Source: Candidatus Bathyarchaeia archaeon
GTDB lineage: Archaea > Thermoproteota > Bathyarchaeia > Bathyarchaeales > Bathycorpusculaceae
Direction of reading: 5' to 3'
DNA length: 64,000 nt
NCBI GenBank assembly: GCA_050010755.1
Contig: JBEKKK010000001.1
Coordinates: forward strand, 832,001 to 896,000
Numbering within the stretch: the first letter of the stretch is position 1; every line of letters begins with the position of its first letter. This document shows positions 1 to 10,210 of this stretch, in pieces. The position numbers and the translations under genes were made by a program. Below the pieces are notes generated by a model. That model saw nothing but the letters and a program-made list of their open reading frames with translations. It ran no database searches and was not told the DNA's origin.

Positions 1-651
1 GAGGAATTCGGAAGCCCGATATGGATAAGGGCCACGCACGGAGCTGGAGGAGTTGGAAGCACTCCAGCGAACAACAGGGAAACAGCAATCTCGTGGATAA
101 ACTATTGGAAGGCTCGTAACGTGACCTGGAAATTCATCGCCCAGGAGCATCTGCCTGGAAGGAACATGGCCTTTCACAGTCTGTGGAAGAAGGGCGAACT
201 CGTCATGTCTATGGCTCGAGAACGGCTTGAATACATTTACCCTCACCTCGCTCCATCTGGGATAACAGGCACTCCCGCAGTTCAAAAAACAGTTCACGAT
301 GCTACTGTGAACAAGCTAGGCACAGATGCTGTTCTGTCCATAGATGAAAAATTCAACGGAATCGCATGCGTGGACTTGAAAGAGAACAATGAAGGCGTGC
401 CCTGCGTCACAGAAATCAACGCTGGAAGAATGTTCACAACCTCATTCTTCTTTTCGTATGCGAGCAAAGCACTGCGAGGAGACTACGCGGGGAACATTCC
501 GTATCTTTACATCAAGCTTGCGTTCAAAGAAGAAATCCCCAACATTTCAAAATACAACATCCTGCCCTCGAACATATATTGGATCCGACACATTGACGCA
601 CCGGCAAGGCTCGTGAAAGACCAGAAGGTCATCGGAGAAATGTACAAGTGA
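1..651 (+). CDS. ATP-grasp family protein (5' truncated by window edge)
   Basis: Frame is open from base 1 (EEFGSPIWIRATHGAGGVGS...). Contains QEHLPG, VDLKE and TEINAGR ATP-grasp motifs. Confidence 0.75.
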   Translation, partial: EEFGSPIWIRATHGAGGVGSTPANNRETAISWINYWKARNVTWKFIAQEHLPGRNMAFHSLWKKGELVMSMARERLEYIYPHLAPSGITGTPAVQKTVHDATVNKLGTDAVLSIDEKFNGIACVDLKENNEGVPCVTEINAGRMFTTSFFFSYASKALRGDYAGNIPYLYIKLAFKEEIPNISKYNILPSNIYWIRHIDAPARLVKDQKVIGEMYK

Positions 652-1142
652 TTAAAGCCGTCGTTTTTGATCTCGACGGAACGCTGATAAACCTGCCAAT
701 CGATTACGAGGGACTTTTTCGGAGATTCAGCCGAATCCTCAACACTGACGATGTGCGTCCTCTGGCAAAGACTGTGGCAGGACTGGACGAGAAAACGAGA
801 AAAAAAATCTTTGAGATCTGGGACGAGGAAGAGCTTGCTTTGAAAGATAAAATCACAATCAAGGATGAAGGGGTGGCTCTCTACAAGAAATATGCCACCA
901 TGCCCAAAGCGCTTGTAACAATGCAGGGAAAAGCCTTGGTGCAAACGGTTCTCAAACCGTTAGGTCTGGTTTTCAAGCTAGCGATTACAAGGGAAAACAG
1001 TCTTGACAGAGCCGAACAACTCAAGATGGTCATCCAGAAGGTGAAGGTGAACCCCGAAAACCTCTTGTTCGTCGGGAACACTGATGGAGACCTTCACGCG
1101 GCTGAAAAGGTCAAGTGCCAATTCTTGAGGGTCGAACAATGA
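648..1142 (+). CDS. HAD-superfamily hydrolase/phosphatase
   Basis: FDLDGTL motif I and FVGNTDGD motif IV. GTGA overlap with the upstream gene. Confidence 0.85.
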   Translation: MIKAVVFDLDGTLINLPIDYEGLFRRFSRILNTDDVRPLAKTVAGLDEKTRKKIFEIWDEEELALKDKITIKDEGVALYKKYATMPKALVTMQGKALVQTVLKPLGLVFKLAITRENSLDRAEQLKMVIQKVKVNPENLLFVGNTDGDLHAAEKVKCQFLRVEQ

Positions 1143-2134
1143 GAGTTTGGTACGATGCGTGCACCGGAAAACACGTGAGGTACGGAACAGCTATTGCAAA
1201 ACGCCTCAATGACGTGGGGCACGAAGTTGTTTTGACTACCCGGGAGCATCCAGACACCTTGCCCATGGTGAAGTATCTGAATGAGAAGTTCATCACGATT
1301 GGAAAATACAACCCTGAGTCATTGTTGACGAGGCTCAAGGAGGGCGTGAAACGTCAGCTCCTCTTCTGTAAACTCTTCCAAGAAAGCGCGGCTACACCAA
1401 GTATCGCCATCTCGCACTGCTCTGTTGACCAGTGTAGGGTGGCATTTGGCCTCGGAATTCCAATTATCGTAACCATGGATACTCCTTACGCTGATGCAGT
1501 CAACAGGCTAACCCTGCCTATCGCAGATTACATTGTTGCCTCGAAAGCTATTCCCAAAGAACTTTTGGACAATTACAACGTCAAGGCAAAAATAATGCAG
1601 TTTGACGGAGCTGACGAAGTTGCTTGGATTAAGGGCTTCAAGTCTCGCGTAAAGTATGATTTTGGAAAGCCGCTCATCGTGGTCAGACAGGTCGAAGAAA
1701 AGGCGGCGTACACAAACGCGAAAGTGGACATGCTTGCTTTAGCAAAGAAGCTCACTCGTCTCGGCACCGTTGTTTTCCTGTCCAGATACAATCGTGAAAG
1801 GGTAAAAGACTTGATAGTTCCGAAAGGATTCGTCGACTCAGCAAGCCTGATGGCAGAAGCAGACCTATTTGTTGGTGTCGGCGGAACCATAACCAGAGAA
1901 GCAGCGTTACAGGGAACACCTGCCATCATCATTAAGCTGTACCCAGAGCAGCATGTAAACGACTTTCTGGCCGCAAGAGGCTTCCCGATATTCAAGACGG
2001 ACGCATCAGAAGCGCCGAAGCTTGCCCAGAAACTCTTGGGTGAAAAACGAAATGTCCGGCACCTATTAGACAAACTCGAAAACCCTGTTGATGTGATTGA
2101 AAAGATAGTGGAGGATCATGCCCATGAAAATTAA
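1139..2134 (+). CDS. DUF354 family (GT-B-like) protein
   Basis: MRVWYDACTGKHV N-terminus and GGTITREAALQGTP motif. ATGA overlap at 1139 supports this start. Confidence 0.8.
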   Translation: MRVWYDACTGKHVRYGTAIAKRLNDVGHEVVLTTREHPDTLPMVKYLNEKFITIGKYNPESLLTRLKEGVKRQLLFCKLFQESAATPSIAISHCSVDQCRVAFGLGIPIIVTMDTPYADAVNRLTLPIADYIVASKAIPKELLDNYNVKAKIMQFDGADEVAWIKGFKSRVKYDFGKPLIVVRQVEEKAAYTNAKVDMLALAKKLTRLGTVVFLSRYNRERVKDLIVPKGFVDSASLMAEADLFVGVGGTITREAALQGTPAIIIKLYPEQHVNDFLAARGFPIFKTDASEAPKLAQKLLGEKRNVRHLLDKLENPVDVIEKIVEDHAHEN

Positions 2135-3143
2135 GGGAAGCACTGTACTCATCACCGGAGGAGCTGGTTTCATCGGCTCCCATCTCGCAAATGAGTATTT
2201 AGAGAACGGAGCGGGGAAAGTCATCGTGTTTGATGATTTCTCGACAGGATCTATGAAAAACATCGAACATCTTAAACGTAGGAAGCTCACGGTTGTGAAA
2301 GGCTCCATATTGAACGCTAAGCTGCTCGAACAAACTGTTAAGAAGGAAGAAGTCAAAATCGTCGATCACGAAGCTGCAGAACTCGAAGTTTACACGGGGA
2401 TAAGAAATTCCCTCAGAGACGCAAGAATAAACATCTTTGGCACGCTGAACGTCTTGAACACTGCTCTGAAGAACAAAGTCGATAAAGTCCTCTTTGCTTC
2501 CTCAGGAGCGGTCTACGGAGAGGCCGAATACCTGCCAGTCGACGAGAGCCATCCATTAACGCCACATTGGCCCTACGGGGTAAGCAAACTGAGCGGAGAA
2601 CGTTACTGCGTACAGTACTACAGGCTGTACGGTTTGGACACGACATCATTCAGGTATAGCATAGTATATGGTCCAAGAGAATGGTACGGCAGAGTCTTGA
2701 CTATGTTCATGAAGCGAATTTTCTTTGGAAACAAGCCACCGATTGTCTTCGGAAATGGAGAACAGGTTCGCGACTTCGTCTACGTGGAAGACCTTGTAAA
2801 AGCTCACGTCAAAGCGATTGAAAACTCGCGAGCGGCAGGCGAAGTGTTCAACCTCTCCAGTGGAAAAGGGATATCTATAAAAGAATTGGCTGAAACTCTA
2901 ATCGGGCTCTCAGGAAAGAAACTCAGAATTGTTTTCGATGACCCACCTGAAGGCAAAGCCTCCAGGTTCCAGCCAGAGCGGGTACGGCTGAAAGGTGAAT
3001 TAAGGAGGTTCGTTCTTGGCAATGACAAAGCAAAAGAAATGCTAGACTGGAGACCTTTAACAAGTTTTGAGAATGGCGTTTCAAAAGAACTGGAGTGGCT
3101 AAAGCAAAATCAGGAAAGGTGGAAGGTCAAGCCAAGAGTATAG
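2124..3143 (+). CDS. NAD-dependent nucleotide-sugar epimerase/dehydratase (extended SDR)
   Basis: TGGAGFIGS, YGVSK and RDFVYVEDL motifs. Confidence 0.9.
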   Translation: MKIKGSTVLITGGAGFIGSHLANEYLENGAGKVIVFDDFSTGSMKNIEHLKRRKLTVVKGSILNAKLLEQTVKKEEVKIVDHEAAELEVYTGIRNSLRDARINIFGTLNVLNTALKNKVDKVLFASSGAVYGEAEYLPVDESHPLTPHWPYGVSKLSGERYCVQYYRLYGLDTTSFRYSIVYGPREWYGRVLTMFMKRIFFGNKPPIVFGNGEQVRDFVYVEDLVKAHVKAIENSRAAGEVFNLSSGKGISIKELAETLIGLSGKKLRIVFDDPPEGKASRFQPERVRLKGELRRFVLGNDKAKEMLDWRPLTSFENGVSKELEWLKQNQERWKVKPRV

Positions 3144-3363
3144 TTTTGAGGCGTGAGGAATGCAAGAGCGCTGTGCAACTTTTCAGCTGTTGCCACAAAG
3201 TGTATATTTTTAACTAGTTTGATGCGTCTTCTTTTCTCAGTGAGAAGCTAGCCACCAGCATGATCAAATAACACGTCTTGATCATAGACTTGGTTGAAAT
3301 GGCGTGCTTATCGAAGAAAACTACAAGGTAAGGCTCGACAGGCCACTGTCGTGGGCGTACGAG

Positions 3364-4810
3364 TCACATTTCTGGTGCGTGCGAGCGCCGTACTCTGCGT
3401 CCGACCTCGTGCCGAACAAGACTGATACGCTTCCGAATACTAGACCGGACAAACGCATCGTAGAATTGCTGTCGAAAAGCTAAGACATCCTCGCTTTTTA
3501 GCCAAGGCGTATCGAGCAGCATGCTTTCCTGTAAAGCATTGTCAGCTTCAACTCTACAGAAATCAATGTTTTTCATGTATCCTTTTTGTGAAGCTAATTC
3601 GTGCAATTCAGTTTTTGGAAAAGGTACAGCGGCAAACACTCCCACTTCATCGAGCTCTGACCTGCGTGCAAAATCTAAACTGCACTGCATGCTCTCTAAA
3701 GTCTCTCCAGGCATCCCCAACACGAAATATCCTTCTGTCTTAATACCAAGTTTCTTGCAATCTCTAATCACCTGTTCAGCTTTCTCCAAGTTAAGTGGTT
3801 TATGAATAATGTCTAGCAAAACATGAGGATCTGCAGATTCAATAGCCAAGTTCAAACTACGGCATCCAGCTTTTTTCATTAGCTCCAGCAATTCACGGTT
3901 AAGAGTAATCACTGAAACACCGTTAGGAGTGTCCCATGACAAATCAAGCTTTTCGTTGATCATCATTTCACAGAGAGCGACCATGCGTTTACGACTCAGA
4001 GTTAGGTTGTCGTCGTCAAAACTGACTTCAGAACATTTGTATTTCTCCTTCATTTCTTTAAGTTCGTCAACAACGTTTTCTGGGCTTCTTGCCCGCCACT
4101 TGAAGCCCCATTGAGTATGAATACTGCAGAATGCGCAATGATTAGGGCAGCCTCTTGAGAAATTAGACTGTTCCGATGAACATTGTGCACACCAAATCTT
4201 CCATACAAACGTGGCTTTTTAGAGGCGAAATAGCGTGGGAACAAATGTCTAGCAGGGAAAGTAGACTGTCAAGATCTTCAATGAACTTGGTCTTAGGATT
4301 AATGTGAATTTGTCCATCTTCCTTGTAACCAAAGCCATCTATTACACGATGAGATTTACCGTTCATTAAATCTAGCATTGTCTGTTCTCCTTCACCCAAC
4401 ACAGCAAAATCCACTTCGGAATTGGCTAAGACCTCCTTAGTCTGCACTGTCGGCTGAATACCACCCAAAACTACTGGAATTTCGGGATCAATTTCCTTAA
4501 CAAGCTTTGCAACGTGTAAAGCATTGGGAAAACGACTGCTAAAAAGACAGGTAACCCCTACAATGTCAGGCTTACAACCTTCAATCTTATCTTTAATTCC
4601 GTTCCAAGACAAACCAAGTGTGAGCAAGTCTCCATTCAAAACCTGTTGGTCTTTTCCATCCATTTGCGCGTCAATCACACTTACGTCGTACCCGTCACGC
4701 AACAGAACAGAAGCAAGATAAGCCAAGCCTAAGGGCAAAACAGGTATAACATCAATCAACTTCTTGTTTGCTTTAAGACTTCGCGGCGGATTAACTAGAC
4801 AAACACGCAT
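3364..4810 (-). pseudogene. Cobalamin-binding radical SAM protein, split by two single-base deletions
   Basis: B12-binding N-terminus (PLGLAYLAS, VVLGGIQPT, GEGE). Restoring one base near 4261 and one near 4158 gives ...DLDSLPFPARHLF...ISSRGCPNHCAFC..., continuous with the 3364-4053 ORF (DDDNLT, AIES, VLGMPGET). Confidence 0.85.
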
Positions 4811-5224
4811 TTTTCCGTTTCCTCCCCAACCGCACGTCGCTCTCCGAAGCAAGAAGCAGATAAAACCCAAAGCGCAGGCCACGCAAAACATGCTTCTGAG
4901 TCGGGTCGCCTATTGCAGCGTAGCTGAAACAATTTGAAAGGTTCAAACATACCCGACCATGACAAACTTGGATTACAGCGTCTAATGCAAGAACAGGAAG
5001 CGATTTCCTCAGCCTCTGATTGCATACGGAACAGCTTGCTAGGCAGCTGATATTTTGTTTATGAAATCTCTTATATAAACATTCAGAGTTCACAATTCGC
5101 ATTCGCGACGGTTTGCGGCGGTACAGAAAGAGCGCGCTCAACTTCAACGTTTAATGCTGATCTGAGGAATTTTAGCGCGCACACAACGTGTGGCCGTGGA
5201 AGAAAAGACCATTAATTCAGCCGT

Positions 5225-6709
5225 TCAATCGGGCGCACCTGCGGCTTCCCCACTCGTTTTCGCTCTCGCCCTATTGATCCATCCGTACAGCCTAAGAAGC
5301 GGGTATTTTATGATTTTGGGCAGATTGTCTATTACATTTCTGTGTAAGTTGAGTCTGGCCGCAATCTTGCCCCTATTCGTCAAGGGTATGTAGTAACGTG
5401 TCAACTCAAATCTAGAAAATCCGTTGCTTTCCTTGAACTTGTCCAGAGAGGGATGATTGCCCATTCGGCCGTACATGATCCAACTAGGCCCCCTTTTTGT
5501 GCAGACCTCAACTACTTTTGCGATTAACGCGTTATTTACAGCCTTGTCCCAATACTTCTGAAGTGAGAGTATTTGAGAGGTTATTTCCACGTTTTCGCCG
5601 TCGACGAGTTGTATGAATCCCACGAGTTCGTCGTGCAAGTAGGCTCCGATGTAGGTGAAATTGTCAGCGGAACTCAAGATTTTCGAAACCTGATCGAGAG
5701 TAGTTCCGAAGTGTGGAAAACTCCTATCTTGTCTAATCGGTGTTTCATTGTATATTTTCCAAACACCTTCAGCAAACTTCTTGTCGGGCTCGGCGATTCT
5801 CGTCAATATTTCACTTTTTTCTGCCTTTCTTATCATGTTGCGAGTCTTCTTGCCGATGCTCTCCTGCCATTCAGTGTAGTTGGTTACGTGGAGGAGCCCT
5901 ACGTTATCTTTCTCCCTGAGCCACTCTCTAGGTTCATCGCGGGCTGGTTGGCACCAGCGTCTTTCGATGAAAGTGAAGATGTCGACTCCTTTAGCCTTCA
6001 TGGTCTCGAGAAAATTCTCTGATGGATTAGCGTCTTTCTCATACTCTTTTGTATCATGGCCAGTCTTGAAGAAGAGTCTCTTCTGAACGGCCAAATTGTC
6101 AAAACGATTTTCGACTTCGAGAAGTTTCCTTAATGTTTCGAAATATGGGCCCCGTTGGTTTATCCTTCCACGTTGGAAAAGCCATATTGGATGAATATGA
6201 AGCACGTCACCATCTTCTATGTGTTTTCGAGCAATCAGGATGGCCTGCTCAGTTGCGCAAACATGGCATAGTGTGTCGAGATGCAACGTGGGAAACTGAT
6301 AGAATGATTGCAGCGGAAAGCCAGAGGGAATTGTGGGGGCTTTGAACTTCCACCGTCCCCATATGATTCTACCTATCAGACGAGCGGTTCCATGAATTGT
6401 ATAATATTTAATCTTTCTGCCAGTTGCTTTTTCCAGAAGTGCCAGATCCTTGTATGGGTCGTTTGCGATGTGGAGTGCAACCTCATGTCTCTCTTTCGGT
6501 AAGAGAGACAAAAGGGCCTGATCAGGAATGGTCTTCGGAGTGAAGAACCAATAAGCCATCACATCCTTCGTGGATTCATTAATCATTCTGGCGATAATTT
6601 TCGAGTTTTTCAGGTAGTCTGCTCCAACTTTAACACCAAACATCGTGTAGAGGGAACTTCGAATTCTCGAAGGGTAAGGATAGTCCACATCAATTCTTAA
6701 CTTTATCAA
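5225..6709 (-). CDS. Polysaccharide-deacetylase-like domain fused to a FemAB/GNAT-like domain
   Basis: N-terminal RIDVD, HEVALH, TIHG and HIHP motifs. C-terminal KKTRNMIRKAEK, NNALI and SLDKFKESNGF motifs. Confidence 0.6.
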   Translation of the reverse strand: MIKLRIDVDYPYPSRIRSSLYTMFGVKVGADYLKNSKIIARMINESTKDVMAYWFFTPKTIPDQALLSLLPKERHEVALHIANDPYKDLALLEKATGRKIKYYTIHGTARLIGRIIWGRWKFKAPTIPSGFPLQSFYQFPTLHLDTLCHVCATEQAILIARKHIEDGDVLHIHPIWLFQRGRINQRGPYFETLRKLLEVENRFDNLAVQKRLFFKTGHDTKEYEKDANPSENFLETMKAKGVDIFTFIERRWCQPARDEPREWLREKDNVGLLHVTNYTEWQESIGKKTRNMIRKAEKSEILTRIAEPDKKFAEGVWKIYNETPIRQDRSFPHFGTTLDQVSKILSSADNFTYIGAYLHDELVGFIQLVDGENVEITSQILSLQKYWDKAVNNALIAKVVEVCTKRGPSWIMYGRMGNHPSLDKFKESNGFSRFELTRYYIPLTNRGKIAARLNLHRNVIDNLPKIIKYPLLRLYGWINRARAKTSGEAAGAPD

Positions 6710-6847
6710 TTCTGTCCCGCTGTGCCATTCCTGTTTGAAGAGATCATTTTTGTATATAAACTATCTTTTTGATGAATTGAACATTACCGTAAAGCAAGAA
6801 GAGTTAATAATGTTTCAGAGATATCGCAATTAAAGTAGGCAAAAAGA

Positions 6848-7687
6848 TTGAGTGTACTTCCTCAACCTGCTCAAGGGAAAGAACCTAATCCTCTCGTGAC
6901 TGTGGTTATTCCAACCCACAACTATGGCCAGTACATATCGCAGACCATTGAGAGCGTCTTGGAGCAAACCTACCGAGAAATTGAAGTTATTGTGGTAGAC
7001 GACGGTTCGACTGACAATACCAAAGAAATCGTGACCAACTACCCCTCAGTGTCCTACGTCTATCAGGAACACAAAGGCAACCTGACACCCGCGCGAGCGA
7101 TGAACGTTGGAATCAAACTCTCCCATGGCGCGTATATTTGTTGCATAGGAGCCGACGATGAAATTCTTCCAAAATACATAGAAAAATGTCTGTTCGAAAT
7201 TCGAAAGGATGATCGAATAGGTTTTGTCTGGACTGGAAAACAGGAATTCGGAGAATCCTGCCAAGTCTATTTGCCAAGGAAATTATGGTTTCGGTCAAGC
7301 TTTCTAGGAGGAGTTGGAGGCGCCCTGGGTACCATGCTCATGAGGAGAGAGGCATGTGTCGAAACTCCTTATGACGAAAGTCTTCATGGAAGGGAAGACT
7401 GGGATAAAGCGATTCGAATGATTGACAAGGGATGGAAATGGAGAACGATTAAAGAAACGCTCTATCTCGCTCGTGTGCACAAGAAAAACTTGACTCTGCT
7501 AGTCCACGAAGATATATATGTTCACGAGCTTGAAAAAAAGTACCCCCTAATGAGACCCTATTTAATGGTAAAGAGCTTCTTTAAAGCGACAGTGCTGCTG
7601 CTGAAAACCCCAAAAGTCTTTCTTTTGAAGCTTTGGAATAAGAGACTGTGCAAATACTTTAATTTGAGACCACTCTCACAAATATGA
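6848..7687 (+). CDS. Glycosyltransferase family 2
   Basis: VVIPTHN, VVDDGSTD, ADD and EDWD motifs. Confidence 0.9.
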   Translation: MSVLPQPAQGKEPNPLVTVVIPTHNYGQYISQTIESVLEQTYREIEVIVVDDGSTDNTKEIVTNYPSVSYVYQEHKGNLTPARAMNVGIKLSHGAYICCIGADDEILPKYIEKCLFEIRKDDRIGFVWTGKQEFGESCQVYLPRKLWFRSSFLGGVGGALGTMLMRREACVETPYDESLHGREDWDKAIRMIDKGWKWRTIKETLYLARVHKKNLTLLVHEDIYVHELEKKYPLMRPYLMVKSFFKATVLLLKTPKVFLLKLWNKRLCKYFNLRPLSQI

Positions 7688-7780
7688 CTGGTTATCCGAC
7701 AAAAAGATTAGATTTAAGATGTTCGTCAGAATCCGAAATGAAGTTGACGGTGGCATTTACATCAGTGGAGAAGAATTTGA

Positions 7781-8659
7781 TTGTTGATTGACTTGGTGAT
7801 GTGGACGAAAAATGGAGCATCCACTCTACCCTTGGTTCTGAAACGAATAGGCCAAGTAATACCTGACGATTCTGTTGCCAAAAGAATAATCGTGGACGAT
7901 CAAAGCATTGACGATACGAGGGAGATAGCCCGTTCTTTCGGATGGGAAGTGGTTTTCAATGAAGGAAGAGGGATAAGCAGCGGCTCCAACACTGCCCTGA
8001 AACACGTTTCTTCTGAATATTTCGCAAGCTTCGAACAAGATCTATTACTCGACCCAGCTTGGTTGGAAAACATCCCTAAGAAAATGACTGATCCCAAGGT
8101 GGCCGTCGTGTCGGGCATTCGATTTGCAGATAGGCCACAAGGGGTCAGAAAACTGCAGCAATACGTTGCCAAGAAATACAAGGGAGAAAAAGAATTGGCG
8201 CCCTGGCTCAAGAGTCGGCAAATGTCAGCATTCACTTTGGGGAAGACTCTAGACAACACCATGTACAGGACACAGATAATTAGGGAAATAGGTGGCTTTC
8301 CCAAAACACGATTGAATGCAGGGGTGGATACGCTCTTGGCTTATGCTATCGATGCTGCAGGATATCAGTGGATGGTGGACTATAATGTTCAGTCAACGCA
8401 TGTGAGAACAGGTCTTATGCAAGAGCTCAACCATCAACAGTGGTATGCCTCTATGCTTTATGAGATATGGAGCCAGATAGAAAGTAAATCGAATCAACCT
8501 CCACCTGTAACAAGATCCGATGTTATTTACAGATTCGTCATCGGCCCGTTTACAGGTCTGTTCATGGCCATCAAAATGAAAGAACCTTCAATCGCCTACA
8601 TTCATCCCTTGATTAGGCTTTATTACCTTAGAGGGTTTCTGAAAGCTTCAAAACCTTAG
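7781..8659 (+). CDS. Glycosyltransferase family 2
   Basis: IIVDDQSIDDT and FEQD motifs, with a GT-A pattern. Confidence 0.8.
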   Translation: MLIDLVMWTKNGASTLPLVLKRIGQVIPDDSVAKRIIVDDQSIDDTREIARSFGWEVVFNEGRGISSGSNTALKHVSSEYFASFEQDLLLDPAWLENIPKKMTDPKVAVVSGIRFADRPQGVRKLQQYVAKKYKGEKELAPWLKSRQMSAFTLGKTLDNTMYRTQIIREIGGFPKTRLNAGVDTLLAYAIDAAGYQWMVDYNVQSTHVRTGLMQELNHQQWYASMLYEIWSQIESKSNQPPPVTRSDVIYRFVIGPFTGLFMAIKMKEPSIAYIHPLIRLYYLRGFLKASKP

Positions 8660-8782
8660 GATCATCGAAAGTCAAAAAGGAGCAAGGCCAAGAATAGGCC
8701 TAACAAACCAGAATGCCAAACTAACTAGATTCGACCCAAAGCCCAGTTCAGTGTGTTTAGAGAGTGAGTATTGGAGTTTATT

Positions 8783-9679
8783 CTACTTAGGGCGTTTCTT
8801 TTCGACTCTTGATTTGAACGTGGCGAGATGCTTTTCTCGAGCAAGGTCTGTCTTCAATTTCTCAACGATCATGCCTATTCGTTCAATATCATCTCGAACT
8901 TCTTTGTCTTCCACTTCTCTTTTTCGTTTGTTGTTGGATTCAATTATCAAACGAAGATGTTCTGAATCATAGGCTTGAAGCAGGAGCTCCGTGTTCGGGA
9001 TCAAACAGTGTCCTCCTATGACTCCTGGGAACCAAACTGGCCTGTCAAGCCTTACCCTGTGAATCTCTCCGATAGAACTGACCACGTCCTGCATTTTTGC
9101 ATCAAAATGCCGGCATATGCGATGTGCCTCCTGAAAGAAAACAATCATCCAAGCAGTGTAGATTGTCTCAAGAAGCTTCGTCAGTTCAGTCTCCAAAGGC
9201 CCGCTCAAAATGTTGGTCCTAAATCCTGCCTTTTTCAAATGCTCAGAAGCAGCTTCGGCAGATTTTGAATCAACTCCCCCCACAATCTTGGTCCATCTTT
9301 TCATCTCCCAAATCATGTACTCCAAATCCCTGTGAGTTCCGTAAACAGGGGTGTGCGCCAAGAGACCATCGAAATCCTTCCGAATCTTGAAAGTGGTTTC
9401 AGGTGGAACGGTGCTGTCAATTATCAACAGTCTTGGATTGAATTTCTTGGCGTACGCAACTATAGTCTTCACGAACTCAGTCTGAGAAGAGCAAGGTATG
9501 CAAACATGCAAAACATCCACTTTTCGCGGCAAACCCTCAGAAGACTGTTTCAACTCCCGCATTCTAGCTTCATCAATATCAAAGCCATAAACCTCAAAAC
9601 GTCTGCTCCTTCTCAGAATCTCAAAAATCGGCCTGCCAACTTCACCAAGGCCCAATACCAAGACTTTCTCTTTAGCCAT
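8783..9679 (-). CDS. UDP-glucose/GDP-mannose dehydrogenase family protein (short form lacking the C-terminal UDP-binding domain)
   Basis: GLGEVG Rossmann motif, IDSTVPPETT, ELTKLLE and catalytic GGHCL. Start taken at MAKEK (9679). Confidence 0.8.
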   Translation of the reverse strand: MAKEKVLVLGLGEVGRPIFEILRRSRRFEVYGFDIDEARMRELKQSSEGLPRKVDVLHVCIPCSSQTEFVKTIVAYAKKFNPRLLIIDSTVPPETTFKIRKDFDGLLAHTPVYGTHRDLEYMIWEMKRWTKIVGGVDSKSAEAASEHLKKAGFRTNILSGPLETELTKLLETIYTAWMIVFFQEAHRICRHFDAKMQDVVSSIGEIHRVRLDRPVWFPGVIGGHCLIPNTELLLQAYDSEHLRLIIESNNKRKREVEDKEVRDDIERIGMIVEKLKTDLAREKHLATFKSRVEKKRPK

Positions 9680-10210
9680 TCGCTCAACCTTCAAGAAGAA
9701 AAACAAGAACACAACAAAAATATATAAACCCACGTGCCAAATGGCAAAATGGAATCCCAACCCTAGCTACATGAGACGCCACTGAAACATTGAAGCTTAA
9801 AAAGCTTCATTCCATTGCCGGTTCGCTCGTCCAGCATCGTCTTTTCAATGGGCCAAGTCAATTTTTTTCGTAGAATTTCGACATCAACAATGCCAACTAG
9901 AAAATCTTCGTGGGAATTTGAAGACCGACTTCTGGAAGAGTCTTTCTTCAAAAAATGAATAACATTTTTGCCAGTGACACTATTAGGCACCGTTTCAAAA
10001 GCTAAATATGCGGGTCTCATACAATATTATTATGATGCAGTTACGAGGGAGAGGAATTTTGAAACATACACAAGCGTTCCTTCTGGCACTGATTAGGATT
10101 CTCTGTTTTTCAATGTTCAAGCCTGTGCATCTCGAGGAACAAGCTCCTTCATCTGTTAATCTTGTAACAAACGGAGCTTTGAGAACGCGCACTAGCGGGG
10201 GAAAGGGAAA

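Noticed and set aside
9763-10020. ORF possibly a remnant of UDP-GlcNAc 2-epimerase, and the palindrome TGAAGCTT-AAA-AAGCTTCA at 9791-9809
   Set aside because: The protein resemblance is too weak to support by eye, and the isolated 8-bp palindrome has no corroboration.
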